NCBI GenBank assembly: GCA_030295235.1
Contig: AP026131.1
Location: 558,001-622,000 of the forward strand
Length of the DNA stretch: 64,000 nt
Direction: 5' to 3'
From: Fistulifera solaris
Lineage: Eukaryota
The notes beneath the pieces are model-generated. The model was not told the DNA's origin. It was given only the letters and a program-made list of their open reading frames with translations, and searched no databases. The position numbers and the translations under genes are program-made. Of this stretch, positions 59,997-64,000 are shown in pieces. Numbering within the stretch: position 1 is the stretch's first letter; each line of letters begins with the position of its first letter.

Positions 59997-61923
59997 ATGG
60001 AGACCTCAAATGAAAAAGATGACTCTGGCCGAGATACCTCGAAGGATAAAAAATCGTTTTCTTCCATTTCGGAAACCAAACATTTGCAATCCAGGCCCAA
60101 TGTCTCCCCCTATGATTCATTCGATCCATCTGCTCCCTTGCTTTCTTCGGGCGACACACAACCCACCAAACGACAAAAAGTAAGGGATTCTGAATCGCAA
60201 CTAAAAACTCCTGATACTGCTTCTGAAATCGGGCATTCTTTACTAAAAGAAGCCGGATTAGCTCACGATGAAACTATACACAACCCAACTTCTGTATCCT
60301 CTGAACTGAGTCCAGCATCGGCTGTTACAGATGTTCATTCTAATCGTGACAAAATGTCGTCTCCGGTCGGCAAAAACTATGATCCGGACGTTCCACGCGC
60401 TCCACCTTCGACCCCGGCGAGTCAATCCAATTTGGTGACATTCGATGGAAGTGCTACCCCTCTGCCGATACGAGCGGAAGTCATCAACTCTTCCAAACTG
60501 TTACAGCAACAGATGTTCCCGGAATTGGCCGAGACACCCGCCCCGACTCGTACCAGTGAAACCACGACTCTTACCGCCGCTATGACGGAAGACTTTTCCG
60601 AATGGGCGGTGGGAGATCGTTATCAAATGATGCGATTACTAGGTAGAGGGTCTTATGGAGAGGTAGCTCAGGCACTCGACTTATCAACAGGCAAACCGGA
60701 TGCCTTTGTTGCTATCAAGCGTATACGCTCCCCATTTGACCAAGAGATTGACGCAATACGACTGTACCGTGAGCTGCACATACTGAGACATATGCGGGGG
60801 CACCAGTGCATTATTCAACTACTGGACGTGGTGCAGCCGCCGACTGACGATATCGACGATTTTCATGAACTTTACCTTGTCTTTGAATATGTTGATACTG
60901 ATTTGTGGAAGCTTATCATGTCTCCTCAATATTTGACTACCGAACACATTCAAGCTTTTCTGTATCAGATGCTGTTGGCGTTGAAATACATCCATTCGTT
61001 CTCCGTCATTCATCGCGATTTGAAGCCTGGTAAGTCCCTTGTTCAACTTGGGCTCTACTTGACAAGTTAACTAATGCGCCTATACCACACCACAGCAAAC
61101 ATCTTGCTAAACGAAGACTGTTCTCTGAAAATCTGCGACTTTGGACTAGCGCGAATGGTTAGCTCAGAACAAAAACCAAGCGCCGCTAAGGACAATACAA
61201 GTAATGAGCCCTTAAAGTCTACCCTACCGCCACTGTTCCCAGTAAGTTCTTTGCATGGTCCTGGTCTTGTGACTGTGTTTCTAACGTTTGACCGGTGCAG
61301 AAACTCCCATTGACACGGCAGCTAACCAAGCACGTTGTCACTCGATGGTATCGTGCTCCTGAATTGATACTGGTACAACCATATACATCGGCGGTCGATA
61401 TTTGGAGTCTAGGTTGCATACTCGCTGAACTATTAAGTATGCAAGACGGAAACGTCCCTTCGTATGAAAATAGGAAGCCATTGTTTCCTGGCGGCGCCTG
61501 CTACCCGCTCTCTGGCGATGGTGCGGCATTAAAGAAGGACGAACGAATAGACCAGCTGAGTACGATCTTTGACGTCATCGGCTCCCCATCGGAAGAAGAT
61601 CTTCGATCTATTGGCAATGCGAGTGAATATGTTACTTCACTCGGAAAAAAGGAAGGGAAACCTTTCGAGAAGATATTTCCAGCAGCTTCGCCTAAGGCTA
61701 TCGACCTTTTAACGAAGATGCTTCAGTTCAATCCAGCCCGACGAATAACGGCGCATGATGCTTTGGAGCACGAATTCTTTCAAGGTATTCGGCAAGCTCA
61801 TTTGGAGAAGGAAGCTACAAGCGAAATCCGAGGACCAGATTTCATTGAATCAGATAACGTTGATCTAGTCCTGCTAAAAGGGCAATATTTGAGGAGGCGC
61901 GGTGGTACGCTTCACCTAAATAG
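59997..61923 (+). CDS. Mitogen-activated protein kinase with an atypical T-K-H activation loop; introns 61030-61095 and 61242-61300; probable terminal frameshift near 61880
   Basis: LGRGSYGEV; VAIKRI; HRDLKP|ANILLNEDCSLKICDFGLAR; LTRQLTKHVVTRWYRAPE; DIWSLGCILAE. Confidence 0.93.
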
Positions 61924-62008
61924 CGACCGTAAGATTCATAGTCATAAATTCTACTTGCCATGGTAGACAAAGGAAGTTTTTAAAAAGGATCTGCTAAAGG
62001 TCCCAAAG

Positions 62009-64000
62009 TCACACATTATTTCGTATTACATACTTCGCTAGTATCTCACCGTCAGGATGTTCACGTGCTATATGCAAGCCAAGAAGATAAGCTTTTCTCC
62101 TCTCTAAATCCGATTCCTTGGCGCTGTCTTCGAGTAGCTTCTGTATCTCTTCGCTCAGAAATCGGTCTTGCACAACGAAAACTTGTTGGTCTTTGGCGTA
62201 CCTACATACCGACTTTTGTTGAACGACGTTGTTAACTCCAGAGGAAGATGCAAACATGATTTGACCAGCCTCGATATCCTCACAACCCGAGTTACTGAGC
62301 AATTCAATAGCCTTTGACACAATACTTTCTTCTTCCCCTTTGTTAGGCGGTCGAGATGTCGCAAAGAACCATTCATCGTGCGTCTTCTGGATATCCATGT
62401 GGCCACCGCGTCGCAGGACTCGAAGAAGACGTGACGGTACAACTACCGGTTGTCGTCCCGGAAGCATGGATGTGGCCCAATCAAACTCATGTTCTAAACA
62501 AGGAAAGGCATTCTTCCCAAACTCGGTATTGAATCGAGTTGCCAGTGCTTTCGCTGCGATGCCCACACGGTCGAACTCGGGAGCCGCAAGTACTTGAGAC
62601 TCTAAGCAGTCGAAGTCCGTGTTCACATCATCGTCATAGGCGCCTTCGCTATCATCATCATTTTTACTTTCCGTGTCATACCCCAGCAACATCCTGTACA
62701 TGAGCCGCTTCGCTAAATTCAGATGCATTAACTTCGCATCAACTAAAATTTCGTGCCAAAGCTGCGCGTACGCAGCTCTCATTTCATCAAAATCAACAAT
62801 TTGGCCGTTCCATACAGGAATGGAATGCAAATTCATTCCAAAGAGTGCGACGCCACTCGATCCAATGCGTGGGTCCTTACCCCAGTGTGTAACATAGCGC
62901 CCATTGACAAAAACACTACCCGCGAAGGAAGCATCGAGTAAAAGCGTATGACCGGAGGGTGTAGCTGACACCGTTATTGGTGAACTTGGGTTCAGCTGTA
63001 GAAAGGAGGCCATGACAGCGTTAGCCATATCGTCAAATCTAGGCAAGTCCTGGACAGGAACTCGCAATTTTCCCTCAAGTGTTAGATGCATCCTGTTGAT
63101 TGTGTATGTTCGTTTCCTGCGTTTCGTCGGGCGTGACTCCCCACAACTAGGGCTGTTATCCATCTTTTCATTTGCTGTGTCTTTCTCTTGATCCGTAGAC
63201 GGTGTTTCTTTTGGCTCCTCCTCGTCGATTAACTCCGTGTCCGAGGGCTGTGTCATATCATGGTTGGCGACGGTCACGCAGAGACTCTTCGCAAACGGAT
63301 CCCCCACTCGGCTGCTCGAAAGCTGTGGCACCATCCCATCGTGTAGCGTCGAGTCCATCAAATCAAATTTGTATTTCTTCCCTCGGACCGAATACACTTC
63401 CAAGACGTACTTCGCACACGTGTCGTACAAACTCGCCAACGCACCGTACTTGACATCATCATCGAGACTACCGCCGAAACTAAGCATAGAGAGTTCTTCC
63501 GCCAGTACCGCTTCTTGTTTACCGGTCGGTGGCACACTCCGATATTCGGCAACGAATTTGTACATGACACAAGGCGGCATTTCTTCGGTATCGATGCCTT
63601 CCAATTCCGCCGGCGTGAGCGGTTCTTGGCTCGCATAGAGTAAACTGATGCGACCTAGCACTCCCGGCTGACTCGTCCAGCCATCATGTTCGTTCCTTTC
63701 GAGCTCTTCATCGGCCGACAGGCCTTGTGGCAAAGTCGATCTGAGATAGATCCAGGCGTTTCGGGAGTACTGTTGCTTGAAGGATAGCTTTTGTAATGGC
63801 AAAGGAAGATCGTTGGGGTTCGATTCACCTTCAACTGGTATCCTTCAAGGTTTGAAGTCAAAAGAAAGCGAGACAAAAAGGAAATGAGTTGAAAAATTGA
63901 GATAGCATCGACACAAGTTGTAACAAGGAAAGGAATGAGCGCACCAGGCAAACTTAGAAGTCGTCAAGTCTCCGAAAGACCATTGATGCGGCGGATACAC
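62009..64000 (-). CDS. Large hypothetical protein; 5' end probably beyond the window (candidate intron ~63844-63952)
   Basis: 597-aa open frame that extends upstream as IPVEGESNPNDLP to a probable acceptor. An upstream exon VYPPHQWSFGDLTTS is open to the window edge. Confidence 0.72.

Overview
Gene-dense eukaryotic nuclear DNA, most likely a pennate diatom (inference). Evidence: short GT-AG introns, an IDI-squalene synthase fusion, a CoDi-like Ty1/copia element, a bipartite plastid presequence and diatom-type membrane LRR proteins. The window starts in the 3' half of a copia pol gene (chromodomain-like segment, RT, RNase H, candidate PPT/LTR). About 28 host genes follow, including WRAP53, AATF, RBM19/MRD1, CNOT9, PRP4 kinase, NDUFS6, PDK, TruA, PA28, RimP, a ferric reductase/NOX-like gene, an ShKT-GPx, an atypical TKH-loop MAPK, and tandem pairs of P-loop kinases and FkbM methyltransferases. 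Many essential genes carry 1-bp frameshifts in homopolymer runs, which points to assembly error rather than biology. The least explained structures are non-coding: a 34-bp minisatellite with a 315-bp higher-order period and about 10 TGACGT boxes in a divergent promoter, a second array of palindromes sharing its 13-bp core, a dispersed hairpin motif found three times, a 96-bp tandem duplication, and drifting 7-bp stutter arrays. No CRISPR, rRNA or tRNA was recognised. All gene calls come from motif recognition by eye, not database searches.
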